NCBI GenBank assembly: GCA_951406725.2
Contig: OX597817.1
Coordinates: 135,284,001 to 135,348,000 of the forward strand
Source: Octopus vulgaris
Taxonomy: Eukaryota
Length of the DNA stretch: 64,000 bases
Direction of reading: 5' to 3'
Made by a program: the position numbers and the translations under genes. The notes below the pieces were generated by a model. That model made no database searches. It had not been told where the DNA came from and was given only the letters and a program-made list of their open reading frames with translations. Of the stretch, positions 30,444-42,509 are shown one piece after another (the stretch's first letter is position 1; each line of letters starts with the position of its first letter).

Positions 30444-30445
<2 letters not shown>
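29634..30445 (-). mobile_element. 5'-truncated R4/Dong-type LINE: zinc knuckle, restriction-like endonuclease and 3' UTR
   Basis: Open frame 29827-30445: CRVC..HVVTKC, YLNRHD, NRPDI, LIDMTVP, KLSKY, PVVIGALG. Flanked by (TAA)n on both sides. Confidence 0.92.
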
Positions 30446-30489
<44 letters not shown>

Positions 30490-30537
30490 CATTATCATCA
30501 TCATCATCATCATCATCATTATTATTATTATTATTAT

Positions 30538-30618
30538 TACGGTAACTACTTGGAATCGAACTTGGAATCTTGAGGTTTGTAGCCCGTGCTCTTAACCACT
30601 ACGCCATATACCCGAGGG

Positions 30619-30685
<67 letters not shown>

Positions 30686-31092
30686 TCGAAAAATACCTTT
30701 GGAATGAGAACCGAGCACATTATATACATTATTTACATTATTTACATTTGATGGATATTTGTCCTCATCTTGTTTGTTGTTAACACAACGTTTCGGCTGA
30801 TATACCCTCCAGCCTTCATCAGGTGTCTTGGGGAAATTTCGAACCTGGGTTCTCATTCCTAAGGTATTTTTTGATGTTATTATTATTATTATTACGGTCA
30901 CTGCTTGGAATCGAACTCAGAATCTTGGAGTTAGTAGCCCGTGCTCTTAACCACTACGCCATATGCCCGTGGGCAATTAGTGATTTATAAGCCCTAAAGT
31001 TCACTCCATAATTGCCTACGGGCATATGGCGTAGTGGTTAAGAGCGCGGGCTACAATCTCCAAAATTCCGAGTTCGATTCCAGGCAGTGACC

Positions 31093-31135
<43 letters not shown>

Positions 31136-31280
31136 CAGCAACATCAAAAATACCTTAGGAATGAGAACCCAGGTTCAAAATTTCTCCAAGACACCTGATG
31201 AAGGACGGTGTATCAGCCCAAACGGTGTGTTAACAACAAACAAGATGAGGGCAAATATCCATCAAATGTAAATAATGTAT
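30538..31280. mobile_element. Inverted cluster of tRNA-headed, hammerhead-bearing SINE-like units
   Basis: Minus unit about 30718-30979 and plus unit about 31009-31280 lie head to head, with partial copies at 30538-30620 and 30680-30712. A box tggcgtagtgg, B box gagttcgattcc. Confidence 0.8.
30782..30827 (-). ncRNA. Minimal type I hammerhead ribozyme, intact core
   Basis: GACAC-CUGAUGA-A-GGCUG-(10 nt)-CAGCC-GAAAC-GUU-GUGUU. The palindromic AACGUU stem III is typical of dimeric minimal hammerheads. Confidence 0.75.
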
Positions 31281-31859
31281 ATCGGATAAGATTTGGAGTA
31301 TAGCTTTTGAACAAAAACAATAATGGATGCTCGTGGCTGGAGAGGAGGAGGAGTGGGGAGGAGATATGGTAGGAAGGTGATGTAACAATTTTTGGTGAAG
31401 TGATGAAATCATCACGGTCTGAGAAAAAAAATACAGTGGATCCCCAAAAGATTTGAAAAGTGTTGAGAACAGGAGTGTGTAATGAGAGGAAATCATACCA
31501 CAACACACATGCACACACATACACACATACACTGGGGGAGTGAGAAGTGGTAAAAAAAGCCACGTCTACTTGCGTAGGAAGTACGTGTTTGTAATGAAAA
31601 TAGATAGAGTGCGTCAGTGAGCGGACTTTTTAGAGAACAATAAAAGGCAAGTCTTTAAGGAAGGAATTATGTATTTCTATATTTGGAAATACATAATTCA
31701 TAAAGGAATTGTAAATCTTTATAGCAAAGTTGAAGAAATTCTTAGAATAGAACGGTAGTTCTGTTATGTTGTGCATAAGGGAAGGAGAGAAGCCAAGACA
31801 GAAGTCTGGGTAGTGGCTTTCTCTGTCTCACTTTCTTTCTCTCCCTCTCTCTCTCTCTT

Positions 31860-31943
<84 letters not shown>

Positions 31944-32590
31944 GTAGTTGTGTTAATGAGGTTCCTGTTTTAGTGGTGGGGCATTCCACAATCGCTGCCA
32001 CAACTTTATCTTCGTACGCCACGTCGCCACCAACACTACACCATCACTACCCATACCACACCACCGCAAATACTACAGCAAAACCAACAACACTGGACTG
32101 TCTAAACCACAACACGACCAAAACTATAACACCACCAAACTACACAAGCAACAACTCGACGTTGTTATCAATACTACTCCCCCGACAATACACCACCTGC
32201 AACACTGCTTCACCATTACCCTACAGTGCAACAAACAACACCGCCAATACATGTAATACTCCCAACACCACTATCACCATTGGTCGCCGAACCAGCACCA
32301 GCACAACAACAACCATTTCTAGCATCTTAAACATCAGTAACGCCATCACAATCATTAGCATCTTCATCACCACCACCAACATCATTAAAAGCGCCGCCGC
32401 CATCGCCAACGCTACTTAAACTACAACCAACACCATCGCCGCAAAGACACCAGCAACAACATCATCATCACCACTACTATTAGCATCACCTTAATTAGCT
32501 CAGTCTCATTAGCTACTTTACACACCAATAACAATTTCATTAGCAGGAACCATTAAATGCAATATTTTACCATTAGCGTTTCCACAAGAT

Positions 32591-32783
32591 CTACTGACGC
32601 CATTCCTATTTGCTGACGTCTTTGATACTCCGCTTTATATACACTTCCGGTTATATTTACTAAAACTACTGACGTCATTCTTATCGCTGACGTTTATAAC
32701 ACCTTGCTCTGTGTTATATGCACTTCCGGTTATATTCACTGCAACCATATTGTTTCTCGTTATATATTCTTCCGGTTATATTC
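32591..32783. repeat. Imperfect about 75-bp tandem repeat rich in CRE and ETS motifs
   Basis: Units at 32591 and 32666, partial third at 32760. Each full unit has two TGACG motifs and CACTTCCGGTTATAT. Confidence 0.7.
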
Positions 32784-33226
32784 AATATAACAATGATTTC
32801 TTCGCTGATTGACACAAGAACTCATACATAGAGTTTAATAAGTAGACCTGACACGATCAGATACCTTTGGCAGAGTTCATTCTGATGCAAATAATAATGC
32901 CAGGAGTCTGCTTCCACTCTGAGACTCCCTGTAAAATTGTCGTGGCAGTAGCTCATCTTTCTCAGACGAAGGTATTAAAAGAAAAGAAAATATATTCAAT
33001 TGAATTTCATTTCGTTTCTGTAGTGTGTGCGCGATTCGAATATAAAGGCACCTACCTTCTCTTCGCTCCGATGGAGACCCTTCAGTGGTAACGGATCCTT
33101 CGACACAGCCCCGACCCGAACGCTAAAGATAGCAGGTGCTTCACCCAACCTTAGCAACGTCTTCCCCCATCTTGACACGTCGACGACCCTGGTTCAGCAG
33201 AAATCACCGCTCACTGCGCGCACCTC

Positions 33227-33556
33227 TGTGCCGCAGAGAGCTGTATTCAAATATGAATGGAGGCACCCGAGAAAAGCGCCGGAGGGTCACGAGGAAGAGA
33301 GGGAACCCGTTTGCGTGAAAATAGGGGAGGAAGTCTGGGTTAAGCCACCAAAGGCGCGCTGTACGTCTCAATGGAGCAGAGGAACGGTGACGGCGGTCAA
33401 TTCCAGAAAAAACGTCTCCGTGGATGGAATGCCGCGACACGTCTTGGACCTTCGCAGGATTGTCGCTTCGACGGACGACGATTCTGGAGAGGGGGAGAAC
33501 GAGGTACCCAGCTTGAGAAGATCTCGACGCGCAAGGCGCCCTCCCGGTTGGATGGT
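33227..33556 (+). pseudogene. Integrase C-terminal region, inverted relative to gag-pol
   Basis: VKIGEEVWVKPP..CTSQWSRGTVTAVNS..VSVDGMPRHVLDLR..RRSRRARRPPGW is the typical end of Gypsy pol. Confidence 0.75.
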
Positions 33557-34213
33557 GGAGGGACAAGGACCCCTTCCTCGATCCACCTCTCCACCTCGTC
33601 TTCAAACTTGACCCTGGCGTGGCCTTTCAGGGTATGCTGGTAACAGCTCACCCTGTTTTCCAGCGTCGGGGGCTCGTCCTTCCATCGCCACTCTATCGTC
33701 CACCGCTGACCATCGAACGCCGCCTGAAAGTCTGTCCTCGATGGTGTAAGCGGAGCAGTCCCTCGCGGGGCTCTGCTCTCTCTGGCGATCCTGACTCGCA
33801 GTGCACGACGCCCCCACGCTTCCGAACGTGACCTCATTTCCTACAACACTGACGCCACCGAGGCAGTTGATGGCGTCCATCTCCATCACCACATCAACCC
33901 CATCTATCACGCGTTCAGCCACAATTACCTGCAGCCTTAGCGTCGCGCCGCGCACAACTATCTCTACCTTGCTGCTGCTTCTGCAACGGATTTCGCTGCC
34001 GTCGATCGCCCGGACGCTACTTGCCCCGTTCCATTCCTTCGTCACCCTTGAAGTCACAAGGGTGGTCGTACAGCCCGTATCCACGAGGGCCTTGAACGTC
34101 TTCCCCTCGGCCTCCACGTCAATCAATGGCAGCGTCTCCAATAGCGCCTCTACTCGTTTGCGGGGAAAGTTCGAGAGGTAGCAACTTCCCCGCGGTCGTT
34201 TCCCTGGTCGCAA
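33557..34213 (-). pseudogene. pol: Aspartic protease and start of reverse transcriptase (frameshifted, truncated)
   Basis: FKALVDTGCTTTLV catalytic motif, then DFQAAFDGQRWTIEWRWK..FEDEVERWIEEGVLVP in another frame. Confidence 0.85.
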
Positions 34214-34914
34214 TCACGGGCGATGTGCCCTGTCTGCCTGCATCGATAGCAAACCGGCCCCGGTTGCGTACAGTCCCGCGCCATGTGCGACCCTTGACAT
34301 CTAAAACACCGTCCTGAGAACGGCCTCTCTCGTTGCACGGTAAGCTTCTGTACGTCTTTCTCCGGTCGTCGTCCGTCTTTACTCACCTCCGTCACCGCCA
34401 TCGCTATCGCCTTCCGCCCAGAGTGTCGCGTCAACATGCGGGTCTGAGTCACAAGTTCGCTCAGCGGCATCTTTTTAATCCCGGGCAATCGTTGTAGGTG
34501 AATCCCTACATCGTCGGGGAACCCATTTACAAACGCCAGCCGCGCTGCTCTCTCCAGCCCTCCTCCCGTAAACCCAGCCAGCGTCGCTAACCTTCTAACT
34601 TCTGCAGCGTACTCGTCCACCTGTCCTCCAGTCCATCTGATCGCACCCAGCTTAGCAAAAGCTGTGTATTCACATTCTGTGTAGGCATCCCGCAAGCGTT
34701 GCTCTATCTTTTCCTCGCTCAGGCGTTCCTCCTCCTCCATCTCAAGGTATAGCGTTAACGCGCTCCCTTCTAAATACAGCGCCATAAGACTTGCCACATG
34801 GCTTATACTTTGCAGTCTTGCCACCAGCCTGATTTTACGAATCCAGGCCACCACATCGCCTTCACCATTAAAGGGACTGATGATGTCGCTGGCGATCCTG
34901 ATTTTCGCAGACAT
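34150..34914 (-). CDS. gag: Retrotransposon Gag with two CCHC zinc knuckles (254 aa, open)
   Basis: CFRCQGSHMARDC and CYRCRQTGHIARDC. The ATG lies 35 nt after the 5' LTR. Confidence 0.9.
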   Translation of the reverse strand: MSAKIRIASDIISPFNGEGDVVAWIRKIRLVARLQSISHVASLMALYLEGSALTLYLEMEEEERLSEEKIEQRLRDAYTECEYTAFAKLGAIRWTGGQVDEYAAEVRRLATLAGFTGGGLERAARLAFVNGFPDDVGIHLQRLPGIKKMPLSELVTQTRMLTRHSGRKAIAMAVTEVSKDGRRPEKDVQKLTVQRERPFSGRCFRCQGSHMARDCTQPGPVCYRCRQTGHIARDCDQGNDRGEVATSRTFPANE

Positions 34915-34937
34915 CGTGGTGACGACTTATGTGGAGC

Positions 34938-34949
34938 GCCGAAATAGCT
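34938..34949 (-). promoter_or_regulatory. Primer-binding site complementary to tRNA-Phe nt 1-12
   Basis: AGCTATTTCGGC directly abuts the 5' LTR. Its complement GCCGAAATAGCT is the start of metazoan tRNA-Phe(GAA), as recalled rather than searched. Confidence 0.7.
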
Positions 34950-36465
34950 TGTAGTGTGTGCGCGATTCGAATATAAAGGCACCTATCTTCTCTTCTCTCT
35001 GATGGAGACCCTTCAGTGATAACGGATCCTTCAACACAGCCCCAACCCGAACGCTAAAGATAGCAGCTGCTTCACCCAACCTTAGCAACGTCTTCCCTCG
35101 TCTTGACACGTCGACGACCCTGGTTCGAAAGGCAGATATCGCCGCTCACTGCGCGCGCCTCACGGCTCTCCCCTTCCGGTTGCCCCAACTTCCGGTCAGC
35201 TCACCCAGCTGCTGACGTCATCCCACAGTTTCTATTCCTCGGCAGGATTTGAACTCAGAGAGTGAAAAGATTAAACTAAATACTCTAAGGATATTTACTG
35301 TGGGTGCTGTTTCTTTTGCTGTTGTTTGCCCTAAAATCGTCTCTGACTAATGTTGTTGCCATTTGTTCCTTCTCGTGCCATGCCTGGCTCATAATGGCCG
35401 GTCTCCCGGTTTCATTGGCGTATAGGTTCCCCACCTAGACGGGACACCAGTCCGTCGCAGGTGAGTTGCTAGATGCAGGAGGAAAGAGTGAGGGTATGTT
35501 GTGGCGAAAGAGTCTTCTTCTGGGGTGCCTAAAAGGAGAGAAATCTATATGAAATGACTGGATTGGTAAATTTGTTTTTGCTACACAGAAAAACTATACA
35601 AACAAACATTAATTGACAACAGAATTAAGTGAAACATATCTACTGGAACTTTGATCAGAGTTGTTGTTCTTCTGCAGAGGAAGATATTTGTCTCCGACTT
35701 GTAAAGTATTTGATGAGTTTATATTCTACTTTAGTATTCATTAAAGGAAATTCTATCGAATTCTATAATCGAACTGAATAGCGAAGTTCGTAAACGTTCC
35801 AACATTCGCCTAAAATATATTTTATTGTACAATAGAAATAAACTTTCTGCAGTTCCGATTTTCATTCAGTCGGTGCTAATGAAAGCTATGATACTATAAA
35901 TTAATTAGAGGGACTTAATTAATGACTAGAACCGCATCATTTGCAAAAGCTTGAAAGTTTTATCAGTGATGTGTCTCCTCAAGAATTTTAAACACAAATC
36001 AGTTGCTTCAAATGTCCATGGTAGTCAGAGGTTAAATATGAGTACAGGCCTGGGACACACTGACCTACAAGAGAATCCTCACCAATTAGAAAGACACTAG
36101 TTCTTCGTGTTCTTTTATACATGGAACTGGAAGCTCAGGAACTAAAAAGCATGAGAGTTGCGTTCTCTTTACATAAATTCAGCATTCAATGAAGTAGAGA
36201 GGTGGCTTAGTATTATTGATTCACGTCTACGTAAACCTCAGTCCTCACAAAATGGAGTTACCGGAACTTCTTGTTCAGTAAGTGGTCTCATAACCGGTAG
36301 TTTAATCAAATACTGTTTCAAATATTATATTAATTTAGTTTTTGCACACACAAAAAACTAAATTGAACAAAAAAGCTAAGCAAAAAAAGTCAGTAAATAT
36401 TTTGTTTCTCCGACCTCTATATTGGAACATGCATTTTTGACATGGTTCGGAACATGCAGTGTGTT

Positions 36466-36509
36466 CGTCACTGGGGAGACTAAATCAGGTCGAAACGGTG
36501 TGTCTAATG
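36466..36509 (+). ncRNA. Degenerate minimal hammerhead, probably in a decayed Penelope-like element
   Basis: CGUCA-CUGGGGA(A6G)-GAC..GUC-GAAAC-GGUGU-GUC-UAAUG. Downstream NHIFLCQ..RLIT weakly resembles a PLE N-terminus. Confidence 0.4.
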
Positions 36510-37424
36510 GTCCATTAGGGTTTAGAGCGAAGCCCTGTGTTTTTTATTCAAAAGTCTCTACGAGAAGTTTCTCTGAGACTAAACATTAAAGCCGGTTCCA
36601 CTCCACATTTGTATATACACTGAAAATGTTAAACACACAAGTTTTTTTATATAAGGAAGCTTTCAAGAAGAAACTGAGACAGCTTTAAAGACTGAATTTA
36701 GAATTGTCGTCATCAACCAAAAAACTGAAGGAAGAAGTAGGTTTCGTCATCGAATTAGACTACGAAGGAAAGGTCAGTTATTCTTATTAAAGCAAAGGGA
36801 ATATTTGCAAAGATAATCACATATTTCTTTGTCAATAATATTAAGAGAGATTGATAACAAGGGAAATGATCTTGCGCCTTGAGTCGTAGTTTTTAAGCTC
36901 TCAGCAATAAAGTGGGCATCAAAAAAATTTCCTCCATAGTTAATGAGACTATTTTCTTGATAACCTTTCATAACCTTGAATCATCTATTGAAGAACCATT
37001 GAGCTATCAATATTATGCAGAAACAACATTGGCGAAAATAAAATACAATAAACGCGATGCTTTCCCAGGCGTTAGGATTTATGAAGAGGTTCAACTGGCA
37101 ACACATTCTCTGACAGAACCAAAGAATGGAAAATTAACTCCAAAGAGGAAATACATTCGTTTTGTAGCGTTTATTGAACAATTTGACGTGAAAAACACAA
37201 GATTTGGTTGCATACATGGAATCAACATATTTACCATAAATAAACGAAATAGTCTTTTTTAAGAAAGTTCCATAAGGAATTCCAAATGCAGAGCAACGTT
37301 TCCAAACCTGAAGAGAGATGACATTTTCTTAAGATATATATTATATAAAATTTCCCATTTATAGATTGTTACATATCTGTCACGAAGATGTGACAAATTA
37401 TGTAATAATCTACATATGGAAAAT

Positions 37425-37775
37425 TCTGGAGGGGCTGGTCCTAATTTCGGTGTCAACTGTTATAAAAATTCCTGAACCGGACACCAATGCATTGTATGAA
37501 AGGTACCATCAGCCCAACTAAAGTCAAGACCCGATACTGCAATAACTTAGGGTTTAAAGGTGCACAGCTCTTCAATGCCCGGCCAAACAAAATGAAGAAA
37601 CCTACACAATGTGGACATGGATTAGACATTCTCCTTTCCACGATACTCGATAAAGCAACGGCCCAGTATGTGGTGCAAATGAGAGCAGCAATATCTAACC
37701 CCTTCATACACTAAATTAGCCAGCAACCAGGTGAAAAGTGCATACAGGCGTGGTGATATGAAATCCTACCATCCT
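37425..37775 (+). mobile_element. CR1-type LINE 3' end
   Basis: VKTRYCNNLGFKGAQLFNARP..LDILLSTILDK..RAAISNPFIH. Homologous to 25155-25415. Confidence 0.65.
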
Positions 37776-37879
37776 GAAGAAATCAGCCAAAGAAGAATGA
37801 TATGTAAAAGTGCAAAATGAAGGTGATGCTCCAGCATGACCGCAGCTGCATGGCTGTAACAAATAAAAGAATAAAATAA

Positions 37880-38010
<131 letters not shown>

Positions 38011-38232
38011 TGTTAGGTGGGATGTACAGGAATTAAATATTGAGAAAAAAGTCATCAGAATTTTGGAAAAAATCCTTTTATTCCTTCATTATTATTAGCG
38101 CTTTCGTTCTTTTCTAGAACTTGCCAAATTAAATTATGTGAGTGTACAAACAGCTTGTTCATTTATATAAAACATGCTTTGGGTGGGGGTTTGTTTAGAA
38201 GAGAATATTGTTTTTTTTTGTTTTTTTGAGTG

Positions 38233-38318
<86 letters not shown>

Positions 38319-38509
38319 TTCAGACAGATGGACACATAGGTAGAGGGAAAGAGAGAGAGAAGGAGTATCTACCTTCCGATTCACCATTCATTCATTTAAC
38401 CATTTCTCTAGTCCTTTACCATTGTATTGGAATGGGCTTAAGGATAGTGACCTCTTCTAAAAAATAAATAATGTATATGTATGTATATTTGTATGTATAT
38501 AACTAAATA

Positions 38510-38643
<134 letters not shown>

Positions 38644-39558
38644 ACAATCGACAGAAACAGAAAAGCAAATATTGAAATATTGAGGGATTTGGAGAAATGT
38701 TCTTGCTCAAACCATATTCCAACAGAAGATGGCAACAATAGGAGAGGAAATGAAGGCACCAACACAAATTCGATTATCAGCTGTTGATAGCAATATAAAC
38801 ATTGGTAATACCTATAGAAACATGTTATTACATTCGTCTGTGAATTATAATAAAGAAATATTTAAATAAATCTGGAAGGGAAAAAAATTTAATACCAGTT
38901 CGATAATGGATTATAAATTATATCGAACACGAAAAACAAAATATTGACGAAAGAATCGAAAAGTAATTGTAATTCAGGAAGAAATATGTTTTACTAATAT
39001 AATTCATTCCATTTAGACAGCAACAACCCAAATAAGAAACGAAGACTCCGACATTGAAATCGATTAATACTAAACAAAATAGCAATTGAGGCAGACAGAA
39101 AAGAAAAGACTGTAAAGTGATTTTAATGAAAGTGTATAGAAGTAATGAAATCCGTTGTAGAAATATGCGAATACCAACGAAGAAAAAATATGAAGAGCAA
39201 TGCAGAGAAAACGTAAAATAAAATCATGGAGTTTGTAAAAATGGACAAAACTGATCCAAAACTGGATGCAACAAGGGAAAGTATAAAGATATTAGAGAAA
39301 GGAAGCAAGGAATTGATGAAAAATTAGAAAATGATGCAGGAATTTCTGGAGAAACATGTAGAAAATGAAAAAAAAAACTTGTTAAATGATTTAATGGAAG
39401 AAAATCAGAAATAATATAGCATCTTCGGCAACAAACTTGGTTTAAAATTCCAGGAGTTGAGTGAAATAAAATAGAAAATGGAACATATTACAGCGAATTA
39501 TCGAATAAAAGAATTCAGAATTCCAGAATAAAATATATCTGCGTGCCTGAAATATATA

Positions 39559-39640
39559 TAGTAATCCCTCGACTATCGCGGGTGTTACGTTCCAAAACTT
39601 CCTGCGATAGGTGAAAATCCGCGAAGTAGAAACAGTACTG
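39559..39640 (+). mobile_element. Pogo/Tigger-like terminal fragment
   Basis: TA-flanked (c/t)agtaatccctcgactatcgcgg..ccgcgaagtag resembles Tigger-type TIRs. No partner TIR found. Confidence 0.35.
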
Positions 39641-40324
39641 CACTGTATATTTTATTTATTGTTTTTATAATTTCTATATATTTGCTTTATTATAAATGCA
39701 AAACAACACCACACTCTCATCTCCTGAGTTCCGTTTGCTGTACAGTATGTGCGATTCTTTGTTTACTCATCTACAGTACACGACGTATTTTCTTTTGATA
39801 TATTTTAATTAATGTATTATACAGTGCAGTACTGCACCGTATTTTTATTTCTTAATTTATAAAAGTGAAATGTATAATTACCATTTTCGTTAGCGGTTTA
39901 TGATATGGCACTTAGTAATAAATGAAAGTCCATGAAATGAGGTCGCAATTGCAGTAGGCATTAGGGTTCTATATCTTACTTGAAGCGTTTTGTATCCTGT
40001 ACTTATTTTTCTCGTAACGCCTGACACAACCGCATTGAAGCTTTTTTTCAATGGACGTCATGTATGATAATGAAAAGCAAACCTTTATAGCAAACATGCA
40101 AATAAATCAATGGTATGTACAAAAATAAATGTCAGAGCATATTTATGAGCGATCAGCGTGCGTGAAGTAAGAAGGGTCAATGAAGGTAATGTACTGTCAA
40201 CAGCAATCAGGGAAATGAAGCAAAATATCAATGAAATGCTTACAGAAAAAGTCTGATTGCTAACGGCTAAATTTTGGCGTAGATGTGAAGATTGCAGAAG
40301 AAGGATAACTACTGTGGGGCTGCT

Positions 40325-40820
40325 TTGTAGACGACAATTTTTTTCTTGTTTTTCCATCAGGAGCATAGATGAATAAGTTGTCTGGGTGGTCATCTCTGGA
40401 ACAATCGACGTAGTCCTGTCCATATGAAAAGCACGATTTTCGAAGGTCCAATCCGACAACTTTCAGCGACTGAGCTTGTGCTTTGTTAATGGCAAAACTG
40501 AGTTTCGGAAGCAATTGATGTTTCCGCATAGGATAGGGGCAATCTGTTGGGATTTAGGAGGAATTTGTGGAATGAAAACGGTATTGTTTTTGCCGTGTTC
40601 CGTGATAATTTGGGCTTCATTGACGTGGTCCATCATTTTTTGGACCACAAGGCGTGTTCCTTGGCCTAGTGTGGGAGGATGACAGAGCAACCGACTTTTA
40701 AGTGAAGTTCATGAGGAGAGAGTCCTGGGAGATCTTGGGAGTCGAGAAATTCAGTTGGAAACTGTGTAACCTGATCGAGGTCGGTCAACGTCCAAAACTG
40801 TATAACTGTCACAACTTGGT
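40325..40820 (-). mobile_element. Helitron Rep/Hel PIF1-helicase C-terminal fragment
   Basis: FPTEFLDSQDLPGLSPHELHLKVG, GTRLVVQKM, VFIPQIP, FAINKAQAQSLKVVGLDL..CFSYGQ.YV.CSR. Confidence 0.85.
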
Positions 40821-40939
40821 AGGGTCACGTGAAGGAAGTGCTCACATGCAAATAGTGGTGGTTTGCAGTGAATGGACACTGTAAAAACTGTATTACTGTC
40901 ACAACTTGGTATGAGTAAAAGCATATGTATCATATGGAT

Positions 40940-41070
<131 letters not shown>

Positions 41071-41794
41071 AGTTCTAAAATCTCTCTATGAGATGATTGC
41101 AGTAGTTGTACTAGCAAGTAATATTCGTAGCCACTTCAACATGGCTGTTCCGATCGAATGCACTTTACTGCGATGTTTTAACTCGAAGAGGACATCTCCT
41201 CTAGCTGGTTAACGATGCATCAGCTGTTAGACATTATATTATGTCTATTTATTTATTTAAAACAGTTCTGATAATATATATATACATGTGTAAAGTACCG
41301 GAAATCACTCGTACTTTACACATGTCTACTGTAGAATGAATAAGTAAATATATAGGGGCATCCTGAAAATACATTTTAACAGAGTAAAGAAAAAAGATGT
41401 CGGAGTGATGTCAATTTAGGATTTGTTATGAAGTGGAGAGGGCTATAACAAAAAATGCGGTTTATGCATCGTCGAATCTTCTCTATTACGCAATCCGCCA
41501 ATTGCTTGAACGAACGAAATAATCTGATATTTTCTCAAACTACAAATAACAGCGCCCACCCCCACTCCCCTGTCATTCCCTAATTATTCTTACCAGCTTT
41601 ATGTAATGTGCTTCGAGGTTCAATGTTCCAAAAATGAATTATTTCCTATTCTTTCCAAAAGTTTATGAAATTCTTTTGACGTCAACATTATGTAATTCTC
41701 TCTCTCTCCCTCTCTCCCTCTCCCTCTCTCTACTTATCTATCTCTGTTTCTCTCTTTATCTACCTTGCTCTCACATTATCTCACTCTCTTTCTT

Positions 41795-41848
<54 letters not shown>

Positions 41849-42211
41849 CCTCTCTCTCTCATTCATTTTACCTCTTTATTCTGTCGCTACTATAACGGCC
41901 CCGACTTCTCATAGCCTACCTTCAAGCAGGTCCAACTACCACATCTTTCTATTCTCTTCACCATCTATAAGCCACTCAAATGCTTATTACCAATCCTTCT
42001 TCACCAGAACACTAACCCTCTGAAAATCACTCCTAGCCAAGCTTTTTTTTTTTTCTTTTTGATCCCACAGATTCCGACATACATCGACTGAATTGGCAAG
42101 AAAAGCCTATCAAGGCCATGGCGAGAGGGACCCCAGTTCTGATTCAACTGTTAAAAGTATCAGTCCCCTACATGTATGTGTATGCGTGCATACATATATC
42201 TATGGCTATGC

Positions 42212-42259
<48 letters not shown>

Positions 42260-42394
42260 TCAAACATATATATACACTTACAAGTATATGCTTATATGTA
42301 CATATGCATATATATCTATATCTATATATGAGTGTGTATGCATGTATATATGTATATGTATATATATATATATACATACATACACACACACACA

Positions 42395-42509
<115 letters not shown>

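Larger units (their letters stand above)
33019..35227 (-). mobile_element. Ty3/Gypsy LTR retrotransposon, internally deleted and rearranged
   Basis: TG..CA termini and 5-bp TSD GTTTC (33014-33018, 35228-35232). 5' LTR 34950-35227, truncated 3' LTR 33019-about 33226, with gag, protease, start of RT and integrase C-terminus. Confidence 0.95.

Noticed and set aside
31020-31092. Possible functional tRNA gene
   Set aside because: Acceptor and anticodon stems are poorly paired and copies differ. It is a SINE-type head.
35560-37420. Long unique AT-rich stretch that might be a host gene
   Set aside because: All frames are interrupted, and there are only weak hints of a decayed Penelope-like element.
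38670-39540. A-rich stretch resembling a decayed coiled-coil ORF
   Set aside because: Many stops and no diagnostic motif.
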